DNA of 64,000 bases, from NCBI RefSeq assembly GCF_021028975.2, contig NC_059427.1:117738001-117802000 (forward strand), in the 5' to 3' direction. Below the pieces are notes generated by a model. The model was not told the DNA's origin and made no database searches. It was given only the letters and a program-made list of their open reading frames with translations. The number at the start of each line of letters is the position of its first letter. Position 1 is the first letter of the stretch. This DNA comes from Sphaerodactylus townsendi (lineage: Eukaryota). A program made the translations under genes and the position numbers. Below, in pieces: positions 22,852 through 35,725 of this stretch.

Positions 22852-25440
22852 ACCTCGGTCACAGCGGATTGGGAGACCATTATGAGAATACTCACTGGGG
22901 ACAGCAGCCCACTTTCCGAAGTGAAGCCAATTGCAGCTGGGATAAAGTGATAATAGACAGGACTGACAAGGAAGCGTGGCCTTCCATTACAGGAACTGAG
23001 ACTGAGTCTGCCTCAGAATGTACTACAGACACTGACTCTGCCTCCAACTGTGGCTCAGAGAACAGTAGCATGGCTACAGGGAGTGCCCAAGGCAACTTCA
23101 CTGGACATACAAAGAAACCTAATGGCAATAATGGCGCCAATGGAGCACTCATCCAAAGCACTTCTAACCAGAGTGCCCTTGGAGCTGGTGGAGCAAATGG
23201 AAATGGAAATGCAGCCAGGGTGTGGGGAGTTGCCACAGGTTCCAACTCTGGCTTAGCTCATTGCTCAGCCAGTGGTGGGGATGGAAAGATGGACAACATG
23301 ATTGGAGATGGTAGAAGTCAAAATTGCTGGGGTGCTNNNNNNNNNNNNNNNNNNNNNNNNNNNNNNNNNNNNNNNNNNNNNNNNNNNNNNNNNNNNNNNN
23401 NNNNNNNNNNNNNNNNNNNNNNNNNNNNNNNNNNNNNNNNNNNNNNNNNNNNNNNNNNNNNNNNNNNNNNNNNNNNNNNNNNNNACCAGAATGGGAACCC
23501 AGCGGGCACCTTAGGTGCTTGGGGAAACTTGCTGCCGCAAGAGAGCACAGAACCACAAACGTCCACGTCTCAGAATGTGTCTTTCAGCGTACAACCTCAG
23601 AACCTTAACACTGATGGACCAAATAACGCTAACCCCATGAACTCTTCACCAAACCCTATCAATGCAATGCAGACAAATGGACTGCCGAACTGGGGCATGG
23701 CTGTTGGCATGGGGGCCATCATCCCGCCCCACCTGCAAAGCCTTCCTGGTGCTAATGGGACATCAGTTTCTCAAGTCAGTGGGGGAAGTGGTGAAGGAAT
23801 GGGCAATTCAGTGTGGGGGATGTCCCCAGGTAATCCTGCCACAGGAAACAGCAATTCTGGGTTCAGTCAGGGGAATGGAGACACTGTGAACTCAGCATTA
23901 AGTGCTAAACAAAATGGATCCAGCAGTGCTGTGCAAAAGGAAGGAAATGGAACAAGTGCTTGGGATTCAGGTCCTCCTGCTGGTCCTGGAGTCTTAGCAT
24001 GGGGCAGGGGCAGTGGCAACGGTGGTGTTGGTAATATGCATTCTGGTGCTTGGGGCCACTCAAGCCGCAGCACCAGTAATGGTGTTAATGGTGAATGGAG
24101 CAAGCCCCCAAACCAGCATTCCAATAATGACATCAATGGGAAAGGATCAACAGGGTGGGATAGCTCTACTGTTACCAGCCAGAATCCTACCATGCAGCAG
24201 GGCAATGAACAAATAAACTCTTGGGCCAAAGCTGCAGCATCTGGCAATGCAGGTAGTGAAGGAAGTAACGATAGTAATGGAAGTCAAAATGAAGGCAGTA
24301 ATGGGAGGGAGGGAGCTGGAGAGGGTCGAAGAAGAGACAAGGGGATGATAGACCAAGGGCAAGTCCAGTTGCCAAGGAATGACCTTGACCCAAGAGTGCT
24401 GTCCAACACTGGATGGGGACAGACTCCTGTAAAGCAGAACATCGCCTGGGAATTTGAAGAATCTCCAAGATCTGAACGGAAGAATGACAATGGAACTGAG
24501 GCCTGGGGTTGTGCAGCTACTCAGCCTTCAAACTCGGGGGGCAAGAATGATGGGTCCATCATGAACAGTACAAATACCTCTTCAGTATCTGGGTGGGTCA
24601 GCTCTCCACCCGCAACAGTTACAACTAATACAGGTTGGGGCGACAACAATAACAAAGCGCCAAATGGCCCTGGGGGATGGGGAGAGCCAGCAAGTTCTAC
24701 TGCTGTCAATAATGCTGCTGCTGCCAAAAGTGGCCACGCTTGGAGTGGGACCGCAAATCAGGAGGACAAGTCACCTACTTGGGGTGAACCTCAGAAACCC
24801 AAATCTCAAAATTGGGGAGATGGACAAAAATCCAATCCAGGCTGGACTTCAGGGGGTGGAGAATGGGTTGATTCCTCATCTGTCCCTGGACACATGGGAG
24901 ATGGGAAAAAGAATGGGTCTGGATGGGATGCTGACAATAGATCAGGGTCTGGTTGGAATGATCCTACACGTTCTGGGACCAGCGGATGGGGCAATGGCAC
25001 AAACAGCAAGGCTAATACAGGTACAAGCTGGGGAGAATCTTTGAAACCTGCTCCCCAACAGAACTGGGCTTCTAAATCCCAGGACAACAACGTGAGTAAT
25101 TGGGGAGGAGCTGCTTCTGTTAAACAGACTGGATCAGGATGGGTTGGTGGGCCAGTGCCAACCAAACAGAAAGACAGCAGCGAAGCAACTGGGTGGGAAG
25201 AGCCCTCCCCGCCATCCATTCGGCGCAAGATGGAGATTGATGATGGTACCTCAGCTTGGGGTGACCCAAACTACAATAACAACAAGACTGTAAATATGTG
25301 GGATAGAAACAATACTGTTATCCAGAGCAGTACCACAGCCACCACCGCTAGCACCACCATTATCAACGCAAACATGGCTGAACCTCAGCCACCGCATCAG
25401 TCAAGTGCCCAGTCAGCCCGGTCCCCACTGCTTGGTCCAG
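22852..25440 (+). CDS. TNRC6C: TNRC6C large GW-repeat exon (Argonaute-binding domain), 2589 nt, phase 1-1, contains a 148-N gap
   Basis: Acceptor tttttcag|ACCTC, donor CCAG|gtatga; open frame DLGHSGLGDHY...SPLLGP with many GW/WG repeats; internal ATG (MATGSAQ) at 23070. Confidence 0.96.
23337..23484. other. Assembly gap or masked run of 148 N inside the GW exon
   Basis: N run seen directly; reading frame is preserved across it. Confidence 0.99.
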
Positions 25441-27557
25441 GTATGATAAGAGTTTTCTCAAAATATTGTGTACTTTGGATAGATATTTTGAATAATCATT
25501 ATTTAAGCTGTTGTTATGCACTTCACTGTTATAAGATGCGTTCATATTAAGAATAAGATTTAAAATGGAGTGTCAGTTGTTCATTTGCATTTAAATTTGT
25601 CATTTCATTTTCATTTCAAAATTAAAGCACACAGGGCAGACTGAAGAGTAGAGTAGGGATGTGAGATGAACATATCAGACATAAAGAATGATTAATAAAA
25701 GGATAGACGATGCAGATCATGTGGTACTAAATAAATCTGTGAAATATTTCTGAATCACAAATATGCATATCGTATCAATTTCTTCCACTAAAGACATAAG
25801 GGAAAAAAAGGAAAAATTACAAAGAAAAAGCAGGTTATAAAATTACTTTGGTAATTGGTCAGAGACTCAGAACCCATGTTTTAGAATGGATGAAACCACT
25901 TTTGGTGTGTTAAAAGTATTTTCTATTTAATATAATCACATGAGTGTGTGAACATGATTGCACGCTCTTAGTAGAACACGGGCCAATTAACATGGATGTA
26001 GGATGCTAGAAAACCCGTTGGGGGGGGGGGGACTTCCCAGATCCCACCACCAAAACGAGTCTGCCCCATGTTATTTCCCCCAACGCATTTTTTAAAAATC
26101 TCTAAACAAGCAAGTCTTAAAAAATCCCAGGTTGCAGCTGCTTCATGAGCAAACGGCCAGACAGGAGGTGCTTTATTTGCCTCCATTTTCCTTAAAAAAA
26201 AATTTGTTCGCAGCTTGCATCTACATAGCATCATAGCTACGCAGAAGCAGATGGTCGTATCATGGGACATTGGCATGGCTGTGTGGGTTCATTTGTTTAT
26301 GCCTGCATAGGGTGGGAAGTAATTTTAAAAAATAGATATGTCTCCATCCAAAGTGGCGACAGCAACTCAGATTGTTTCCATGGACTCCAATTGCTGCCTG
26401 CACAGATGCATGTGAATGCGAAAACAGGAAAAGAGTTCCTTTATCCTGACTGCAACCCTTTATACATTTGCTGTGTGGAAGGGGCCTGAAATAGCTGCTT
26501 CATAATGTTTAGTGCATTTTATAATGTATATTCATAGTTCTTTTGCTTTTTGTTCTTCTGTGCTGTTCAGTCTTCAGTATTCATTTTTAGACATACATCT
26601 GTTTCTATTACTCTTCCTCTTGTCAAAGACATATTTATTCATTTGTGATTATTACCCCAGAGTCTACTAGCTTTTTGGAAGCAATAATTTTCATTCATAA
26701 TCTCATACAAGGAAATTTTTGTATTGAAAATTATTTAGACACAGTGGACACAATGTGTGATCTGTGTTGTTTCACAAAGATGGACTCTATAATACCCCCT
26801 CCTTTTTTTTACACTAATGAAGGAAACATCCTTTAATCCTCTGCAGTTGTAGCTAATTCTCAAGTTTTAGCTTATCGAATCATTACAAGACGAATGCAAC
26901 TGTAATTGAAAACTGCTTGTTTTCTCAGTTTAATTTTCTTGTGTCACTTTCTCTTTGTTCCACTCTATGTTTAAGAAAACAGTTTTGCAGGCTATGTTCC
27001 ATCAGCTACAGCTGTGGAGTTCCCTATTTCTTAATTACCAGGGACATAATTCTGGCAACATTAGCTGGATTTGATAGGGCTTGCTGAAGTCACTCCTTTC
27101 TATGGAACCCTGAGCCTTACTAAAGTTAATGGTATTTTTTCACCTGGAAGTGAACAGCAAACAGTTGCCAGTTGTCAGGCTTGTCTATGGAAGTGATGAG
27201 CAAAATAATCTCACCAAGGTTGGGAAGGGTTTTAAATATGTATTTTTATGGCACCATTGGTACTTCGATAGAAGAAATGAACATTCGGGACTTTGTTGAA
27301 GGCAATGGTTCAATGCTTTCCCAGTGCCCCAGGAGTCTGTCTCTATGTGCTTGAGCATCTAGGAGCCAGGCAAGAACAGCTGCATTCACCTACCCTGATC
27401 AGCCCCACTTCTGTCCAGGCATTTAGCAGTCAAGAAACTTTTATGGGTGCGTGTATGTCCATGTTCCAACGTGTGATAGATAATGGGAGAGTGGGGACAG
27501 TCATCAACGAGTAAACAAAAAGTGCCCTGACCTCTGTCCATCATTGATCCTTCAGAG

Positions 27558-27704
27558 CACAAGTGTCAAACTTGCAGCCCTCCAGATGTTCATGAACTAC
27601 AATTCCCACCAGCCCTTGCCAGCATAGTCAATGCTCATGTTGTGAGGGACTGATGGGAATTGTAGTTCATGAACATCTGGAGGGCTGCTAATTTGACACC
27701 CCTG
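27558..27704. mobile_element. Palindromic hAT MITE (related subfamily)
   Basis: gtgtcaaact...tttgacacccctg foldback; TSD cttcagag/cttcagac. Confidence 0.85.
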
Positions 27705-28329
27705 CTTCAGACAAGGATCTCCACTGTAGTACAAGGAGGCTTTTACTGATAGAAAGGTACACTTATTGGCAGAAGATTTCTATAGGTTCCATCCAAGCAT
27801 CATTTCATTCTTAAATGATTTTATTCTTAAGGTGTTTCTTAAATTATTCGTACTAATGTGTCCCATCAGTATAACGCTAAAGTTTCATTTGATGTTCATC
27901 TGTTTAGGCTGGTCCTGTTGTGCTTATAGAATCTTCTGCTATATAGGAATCAACTATATGGCCTTTGCAAAGAATACCATTTTGTCGTCTTAGCTTTCAG
28001 ACCTGAGGCAACATGAGGCTGGGTGGGAAGAGAGACATGGACGTGACCCTCTATGCATAATTCCTTCCCTAAAGTGGCTGTCCTTTAACTTGAATTATAT
28101 TGTTTTATCTATGGTTTATGTTTGTGGTTTATTATACAAAAGGGAGGAAAAATGATTTGTTTAAGGCTCTTCAGGCAGTTTGAATCTGTGACTGACGGGA
28201 TCAAGTATAACCATTTTTGTTACTTCTAATTCCCTCCTTAACAGTGCAATAACAGATAGTGGAGGCGGCCAGAGGAAACAGCAAAAACCCTCCCCGCCAC
28301 CAGAAAGCCCTCCATTGGGGACCTCCTTG

Positions 28330-31300
28330 GCTACTTAGTCTTCCCAAAAGGGTGGACATTAAGTCCAGGACTCAGGTTGCAGTGCAACTGACCATAAACC
28401 CAGGGTGATGAATGTTGACTCCACCCTTGGGAATGCCCCCCTCCACAGCAGCGTAAATTCCAGATGCCAGCACAGCTGCACCGCGGCTGGGACTTCCAGC
28501 TTTTGCACCACTGGGCCTGGGGGGCACCCCATTCTGACCTCTCTCTCTCCTGCTGTGCCCACTCAGCTTCTTGATGTAACATCTTAGCTTCCTGGTCTTT
28601 GTCCTGTTGTTCCCTCTTAGCTTCTAGTTGTGCCATTTTAGCTTCTCACTCAAACTTTCTGCTTGGATTTTAACTAATTAGATTTCTTTTTCAACCTCAA
28701 TTTTTGCCATCTCATTTTCTTTTCCCATTCTTGCATTCTCAAACTTTATTTTCATGATCTCCAATCTCTGACTAGGATGTTCCTCAGCACTTATTCATTC
28801 TGGCTGAGTCTGCCCATCTTCTTATGCCTCTTGATTCTTATAAGGGGGTACCATTTCTGACAGGAATTCTACTTTATTCCCTCACAAAGCTATTAAATAT
28901 TTTATTGTACTGGTGGGAGTGCTTAGTTGGGAGTTTGATTTCATATCCTGTCACTGCCAACCACTTCTGTCAGGTCCCTTCACCACCCTAAATATTTGTG
29001 GTAAACTCAGGCAGTCTCCTGACTATCCTGGGCAGTCTTTCATGCCTTTTCTGTGACTGAGCTGTTTTGATAGTAAAATACCAGGTGTTTGAAGCATATC
29101 TGCTCAGCCTTAGGAACTCTGGAAAGATGAAGAGAGCCTGTTTTTCTGTTATGGCAAATCCCCCTTTTCAAGGCACCAGAGAACTGAGGCAAGTTCAACA
29201 AACAGAAGTAAAATTTAGTGAACAAACTAGATGGGATCAAGAGATACTTCAGGCAGGCGATAACTATATACAAATTCAGTTTTGGCTCAGGCACCGTTCT
29301 TAACGAAGCTTAATCAGTTTCTTCAGTTGCTTAAGCATCATGAGAGGTTGTTTACTTTAAGATGGTTCACTTAGATGTTTCTGGCTAATGGATTTAAGAT
29401 GACTTTGGGCTGTAACAGACTGGTACCCTTTCACACAGTGCACATATCGCCTTGACATCGTTAGCTATCCAGTTCACACAAATCTCCCTCCTGAGGTAAC
29501 TTTAGTAGAACACTGGTATAACAGACTGGGAGTCCACCTGTGTCCTATTCTAGAGTCCTATTCTAACTGGTTTAGAGGTTCTTCTATACCCAGAATATAT
29601 ACTTCCTTCCCTTTTATTTACGTTCACCTGTGAAAAGTCTCACTACTAGTCTACCTTCATCTTTGACCACTAAGTAAAACCCTCAGTTCTTCATCGTGGT
29701 CACTTTTTACCACTAAATAAGACCTTCATCGTGACCCACATAGGACTGCGCATGGGCAGGCCTGCCGCGGTCAGAGATGGTCAAGCTTCTTAGAGTCATG
29801 AGTAGCTCCCAAACACTCCCTCTCCTGTCTCATCTCCAGGGCGGGAAAACCTCCCACCCAAGAGTCACAAGGTACAAAGGGGAGGGATGAGCATTCTCCT
29901 CAGTTCTCTCTTCACCACTGCTAACTGAGGACATGTTAAGCGTAATTCTGTGACTTTTTGGTCCACTATTGAAATGCTTTATTTTTAAAAAATGCTCCAC
30001 TTGTGGGGCCAAGATGGCCCAGAATGACAACCACCAGGACTGTCTGTTTAGGGGACACACACATTCCTTCTTCATGGAAGGCTTGTGCTTCACTTAAACC
30101 TCCGGCCAGGACTGTGAGGACGTCCTGTCCAAAGGCCTCTATGAGAAGTCTTTGGCTCCAGACCCTACAGCTAAGGTGGTTTGTTCTTCTAAGATACTGG
30201 GAAGGTCAGTTGTGGATTGCATTTGTCAGAAAGAGCCCTGTTGGATCAACTTCCAAAGCATCGGTGCCGATTGTTTTCCATTTCATTGTCAAAGCCACTT
30301 CAATCCTTCGACCTCAGGAGAGTTTTACTTATTTAGACAGAAGTAGACTTTTTCAGAAAGAAAAGAATTTGTGTCCTTTTCAGGGTCCAAAAAGAGGTAC
30401 AAGGTTTTTTTTGCAAAACCAACTCACATTGGGTGACAAAAGCCATATTAAAGGCTTATGCCCTGGCAGGGGTATACTGCCCAACCTGAATTTGAGCATA
30501 TTCAACCAGGACCCAGTCAGCATCTGCTGCCTTTTTGGTGAGAGCCAACATTGCTGACATCTGCAAGGGTGTAATGTGGTCCTCGGCAATGACGTTTGTA
30601 CAGCATTATGCCATGGACATTGATTCAGGATGTGATTCGGCAGTGGGGAAAGCTGTGCTGCAAATCCTGTTTAAATAAAGCACAATCAAGTTAATCTCTT
30701 TCTTGTTCATTGGCTGAGCTTCCTTTGCAGCCTCAGCCTGCCTCCTGCTGTTGTATTCAGCTTGCTTTTCCCCTTCTGTATAGAAGGCCACAATGAAGAA
30801 CAACAACATTGCACTTACCTGTAACTTTTGTTTGTGGAGTGGTTTTCTATGCAGGCACACATCCTCCCCCCCCCCACCCCCCCACTATGGGCTGCTTCTG
30901 TCACTCTCCCTGCTGTCTGTGGGGCTTGGGGTCGTTCTGCAGCAGTGGATGGAGAACTGAGGGGAATACTTGCCCCTCCCCTGTTTACCTTGTGACTCTT
31001 GGGTCAGAGTTTTCCCACCCTGGAGCTGAGAAAGGAGGGGGAATGTTTGGGAGATCTACTCATAGCTCTTGACAGTCTTTGACCACAGCAGGCCTGCGCT
31101 TACGCAGACCCATGTGTCCCTGCACAGAAAACCCCTCAACGAAAAGCAGTTACAGATAAGAGCAGCATTGTTATCCTGTCTGCATATTTTCTGCTTTTTA
31201 GCACACACTGAAGTCACTATATTTCAAGTCAAACCCACTCCCTGACTGAAATCCCCTCAGAGTACACATTTAACACACGCTTGCTGTTAACTCTCAGGAA

Positions 31301-31611
31301 TCCAAATTCAAAAAGCTGACAATTTTTTTCCCTTTCGGAGAGATACCTCCTCCCTCTCTGAGTCAGCTGGTTGTTCCACCAGTCAAGAGCTCAGGTCAGC
31401 TGACCCAGTCAGGCCACTTACCTGTTCCCAAGCAGTTTTTCCCCCACTCTGTTTTGATAGCACCTTGTTCCATTGATTGACTTGCACTTTTAAACCTGTA
31501 TTTGTCCACACAGTCCATCTCAGGGGAAATTGTTCTTTTCCTGGGAAAAAATGAACATTGGAAAACATAAGCAATACTCACTTATCAAGCCTGGACTGTA
31601 CTGCTTTAACA
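28330..31611 (-). mobile_element. Gypsy-like LTR retrotransposon remnant (5' LTR ~28968-31611 split by a DIRS, PBS-like site, coiled-coil gag start)
   Basis: TG..CA bounded block; on the minus strand ...ctgaca|gaagtggttggcag follows the LTR; E/K/Q-rich decayed ORF at 28331-28850. Confidence 0.5.
29686..31172 (+). mobile_element. Internally deleted or non-autonomous DIRS element
   Basis: ITRs ~29737-29921 and ~30940-31115; ICR ~30778-30862 complementary to both ends; GTT termini; no intact ORF. Confidence 0.85.
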
Positions 31612-31627
31612 ATATTTTAACCACTAC

Positions 31628-31942
31628 GCAGCAGTGGCGGCGTGGTTAGGAGCAGGTGCACTCTAATCTGGAGAACCAGGTTTGATTCCCCGCTCTGCCA
31701 CTTGAGCTGTGGAGGCTTATCTGGGAAACTAGATTAGCCTGTGCACTCCAACACATGCCAGCCGGGTGACCTTGGGTTAGTCACAGCTCTCTGGAGCTCT
31801 CTCAGCCCCACCACCTCACAAGGTGTTTGTTGTGGGGGAGGGGGGAAGGGAAAGGATATTGTAAGCCCCTTTGAGTCTCCTTACAGGAGAGAAAGGGGGA
31901 ATATAAATCCAAACTCCTCTTCTTCTTCTTCTTTCTTCTTCT
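31628..31942 (+). mobile_element. tRNA-derived SINE (Squam3-like) with (CTT)n tail
   Basis: A/B-box head, gtgaccttggg..agtcac core, ataaatccaaactc(ttc)n tail. Confidence 0.85.
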
Positions 31943-32894
31943 TATCCTAAGCTAAGTCCTAAAAAGTTCTAACTGCCTCACAGGTTGCCTATTGTGGGGA
32001 GAGGAAGAGATTATGATTATAAGCCACTTCAACAGTCTTTAAGGTAGAGAAAAGTGAGGTAGAAAAAACAACTCTTCTCTTTAAAAGCATTTTATTTATT
32101 TAAAACAAATATTTTAGTGCTTCCCCAAATCTTCAGTTTTTCAGTTGATCATTTTAAAAAAAGTCCTCAGAAACAAATTATTTTTTCCTGACCTTCACAT
32201 CTAGAGCCAGAAACTTGTCTTTTATTCAGCAGCATTAACCCTGATGGTATGATGTAAATAATAAGTAATACATTGTTGCATGTTCATAAAAACAATACAA
32301 GCAAATCCTACTGAAATCATTGAGACTTGGATCTCTTATCTACCTCATTCACTCACTTCTTGCACTCAAGTCTGTGCATATGTACAGTTTGTATTACTGG
32401 CTGCCTGTAGAATGAGAGACACCATCTTTGAATAAGTTACGTGGAGTCCTATTTAGTTAAATCATTTCCACAAGGCTGAGAAGTAAGGCATTCCTGTATT
32501 TTATTTCCTGCTTCCTTGCCTTACTTATAATTTTTTTAAAATACTAAGATTGTCATTTGTATTCCCAAATTTAATTCCCATATAATTCCCAAAGCATAAT
32601 GATATACTGGAGTCATAATTGTAGGTTTTTCCTTATTACCACAAAGCCTAGGAATATACACTTTAATAAAAGACCAAAAAAAATTGCTAAGGGTTAGTTA
32701 TCTGAAGAAACTTGTGCGACTTGTTTAAGGTCACCTAGTAGACTTCCATTGCAGTATGGGGATTTGAACGAGCATCTCCCAGATCCTTGTCCAACACTCG
32801 AACCACTACATTGCCATTATCCTATTATCAACTACTATCTTAAAAGCAAGGTGTATCTCAAAGCTGGTGAAATCAAATTAATAGGAGCAGCAAA

Positions 32895-33197
32895 GGAGCA
32901 GCAGTGGCGTAGTGGCTAAGAGCAGGTGCACTCTTATCTGGAGGAACCAGATTTGATTCCCAGCTCTGCCGCTTGAGTTGTGGAGGCTTATCTGGGGAAC
33001 TCAGATTAGCCTATGCACTCCCACACATGCCAGCTGGGTGACCTTGGGCTAGTCACAGCTTTTCAGAGAGCTCTCAGCCCCACCCACCTCACAGGGTGTT
33101 TGTTGTGAGGGGGGAAGGGCAAGGAGATTGTAAACCCCTTTGAGTCTCCTACAGGAGAGAAAGGGGGGATATAAATCCAAACTCTTCTTCTTCTTCT
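32895..33197 (+). mobile_element. tRNA-derived SINE (Squam3-like)
   Basis: Close copy of 31628-31942; A box tggcgtagtgg. Confidence 0.85.
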
Positions 33198-33235
33198 AAT
33201 ATTATAGAATGACAGTTTGTACTGTTTACCTTACT

Positions 33236-33531
33236 GGGTGCAGCAGTGGCATAGTGGTTAAGAGCTGGTGTACTCTAATCTGGAGGAACCAGGTTTGATT
33301 CCTCGCTCAACCACCTGAGCTGTGGAGGCTAATCTGGGGATTTCAGATTAGCCTGTACTCTCCAACACATGCCAGCTGAGTGACCTTGGGCTAGTCACAG
33401 TTCTTCTGAGCTCTCTCAGCCCCACCTACTTCACAGGGTGTTTGTTGTGAGGGGGGAAGGGAAAGGAGTTTGTAAGCCCCTTTGAGTCTCCTATAGGAGA
33501 GAAAGGGGGATATAAATCCAACTCTTCTTCT
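33236..33531 (+). mobile_element. tRNA-derived SINE (Squam3-like)
   Basis: Third copy, same orientation. Confidence 0.85.
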
Positions 33532-33757
33532 ATATGGAGTCATTTATTTTAAAAGATCTCACAAATAAATCAAGTGTAAATCATTACAGTAATTTGTCTG
33601 CCCCACCTTTACCATTTACCTATATATCTACACCTGTGATTGTTTGTCTAAGCAGTCACTTACAGGATTGGATTTTTTTACCTCTGTAAAATTATGCTTT
33701 TGCTTCATTAATTGAAATAGTACAAGCATTGCTTTTTATAAAGTTTCTTTTTTATAA

Positions 33758-33975
33758 AGAGTCAGTGTTGTATGGTGGTTAGTGTTAGACTAGGACCCAG
33801 TTTGGATTCACATTTTGCCCTGGAAACTTGCATGGAAAGCTTAGACCAGTTACACACTCTCAGCCTAACCCCTCTCACAGAGTTGTTGTGAAGATAAAAT
33901 GGAACAGAGGAGAACTATCTGAGTTGTTTTGGGTCCCCAAAGAGGCAACGGTGGGGTATAAGTGAAGCAAACAAA
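33758..33975 (+). mobile_element. Older Squam3/MIR-like SINE
   Basis: tggtggttagtgttagact head; ctctcagcctaacc..ctcacagagttgttgtgaagataaaat core. Confidence 0.65.
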
Positions 33976-34188
33976 TTAGGAATTGTTTGGGGGAGTCAGT
34001 AGTCAGCAACACACAAGTTTCTAGTTAAAGACCTTATAGCAGTCATCATAATGATCACTTTTGCACTTAATTTGATGTCTTGAGAACTTAAGCAACTGTG
34101 GGTGTCTTAAGTCATTATTGTTTTCATGTAATTACAAATAATTTGCCAGGGCATGGGCTCCCTTGTTGTGCTAAATAATTTACATAAT

Positions 34189-34408
34189 GTATTGTCGAAG
34201 GCTTTCACGGCCAAAATCACTTGGGTGCTGTGTGGTTTCCAGGCTGTATGGCTGTGTTCTAGCAGCATTCTCTCCTGACGTTTCACCTGCATCTGTGGCT
34301 AGCATCTCTGAAGATCCTCTGAAGATGCCAGCCACAGATGCAGGCGAAACGTCAGGAGAGAATGCTGCTAGAACACGGCCATACAGCCCGGAAACCACAC
34401 AGCACCCA
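34189..34408. mobile_element. Penelope-like element terminal fragment in foldback configuration
   Basis: ~85-bp inverted arms (34222-34306 and 34323-34408); 12-bp TSD AATTTACATAAT at 34177 and 34409. Confidence 0.85.
34315..34357 (+). ncRNA. Minimal type I hammerhead ribozyme motif (Penelope-associated)
   Basis: Stem I TCCT/AGGA, core CTGAAGA (34319), stem II GCC..GGC, GAAAC-GTC cleavage triplet ending at 34353. Confidence 0.72.
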
Positions 34409-35479
34409 AATTTACATAATATTATGTGGCTCAAAATACAAGACATTGAACGAAATGACTTCTGCATTATAGATTGGCAACAATCATTATTAAATTTAAA
34501 TGCATTCAGGGAACACTTTTTTTAACTTACCGGTAATACATAATACCTGTTGCAGTGGAAACTGCAATATTGGGGCTGAGGTGAAATGTATTATTGCAAA
34601 GACTGGAGATTTTTTCCAATGATCTATTGTGGCTTCCTGTCTAATGTTTCATTATTCTCCCTGACAGTGTTTGTATGTTTCAATATATGAGTGAAGAATG
34701 AAGGTAGAATGAGACCCTTCAATAATAGCAACATACAGCCAACAGTTTGATAATTTCCAATCAGTACGTGTACTTCAGATTTCCTTACCTCTGTCTCACC
34801 ATCTTGTGTTCACTTTTCCTCACCCTCTGAGTTCTACCTCACCTTTTGCTCATTCCTTCAGTCTGGGGGAATCTAAAACCTCTATTTCTAGGCCTCTTTT
34901 TGCCTATCTTCTGGGTCTCTGCCTCATCTTTCTGAAACTATTCTGCCTGACCACTCCCTAGGATCAGAACAGCAGGGTCCAAGGCCACTAGACATTCTTC
35001 TGCTTTCTTCAGCTCTGTTCCATTAGGGCTTTCACTAAAAGCCATATGTGCTATTGCCATCACTAGTGCCATAAAATATCTTACTGTGGCATAATATACA
35101 TTGCCCACATTTGGAATCTTAATTTTAATGTCCTATTTTCATTTTTTAAAAACTTCTTATGGGCTTGTTTGCCACTGCAGATCCTGTTAGGACTCTCTTC
35201 AGGCTGTCCATTCTGTCATAACACAGGCTTGTCCCCTTTTGATGACATCTCCAGCATTATGGAATGCCCTCCCCAAAGAAGAACCAAGGGCCCCTCCCGC
35301 CCGCCTTCCATAAGAAATATAAGACTGTTCTGTTGTATTTGGCAGTTGTTTTTATAAGGGAGGATTTCATTCCTTGCGCCTTTGCTTCCACTCTGCCCTG
35401 TTACCTGCACATCAAGGGTCTTTTATGGTGGGAAAGCCAGCAGAGCAATATTAAATTAATAAATCTGGAGAAGAACAGT

Positions 35480-35725
35480 TAGGATTTCTGCCCCACTTTT
35501 CTGAACCGCGAGGAGTCTCAAAGTGGCTTACAAACTCCTTCTCTTCCTTTTCCCACAACAGACAGTTTGTGAGTTGGGTGGGGCTGAGAGAGTTCAAAAA
35601 GAATTATGACTGACCCAAGATCACCCAGCAGGCTTCAGTTCACCAGTTAAAAGTTCATGTGGGGAATCAAACAAAGTTCTCAGATTGGAGTCCCCTGCTC
35701 TTAACCGCTGCACCACGCTGACTCT
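35480..35725 (-). mobile_element. Squam3-like SINE, antisense
   Basis: gtggggctgagagag...tgactgacccaagatcacccagc...cttaaccgctgcaccacgctg. Confidence 0.75.

Noticed and set aside
23337-23484. Gap length (148) equals the length of the young MITE (148 bp)
   Set aside because: An insertion would add to the coding length and carry a TSD; the gap matches the expected missing codons, so this is probably coincidence
22892-25228. Antisense and alternate-frame ORFs over the GW exon
   Set aside because: Shadows of biased codon usage, several extended artificially by the N run
25980-26488. Possible Harbinger-like MITE ending in gctgtgtggaaggggcc
   Set aside because: A matching left TIR and TSD could not be established
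34180-34525. Near-identical ORFs on both strands
   Set aside because: Artefact of the palindromic Penelope fragment
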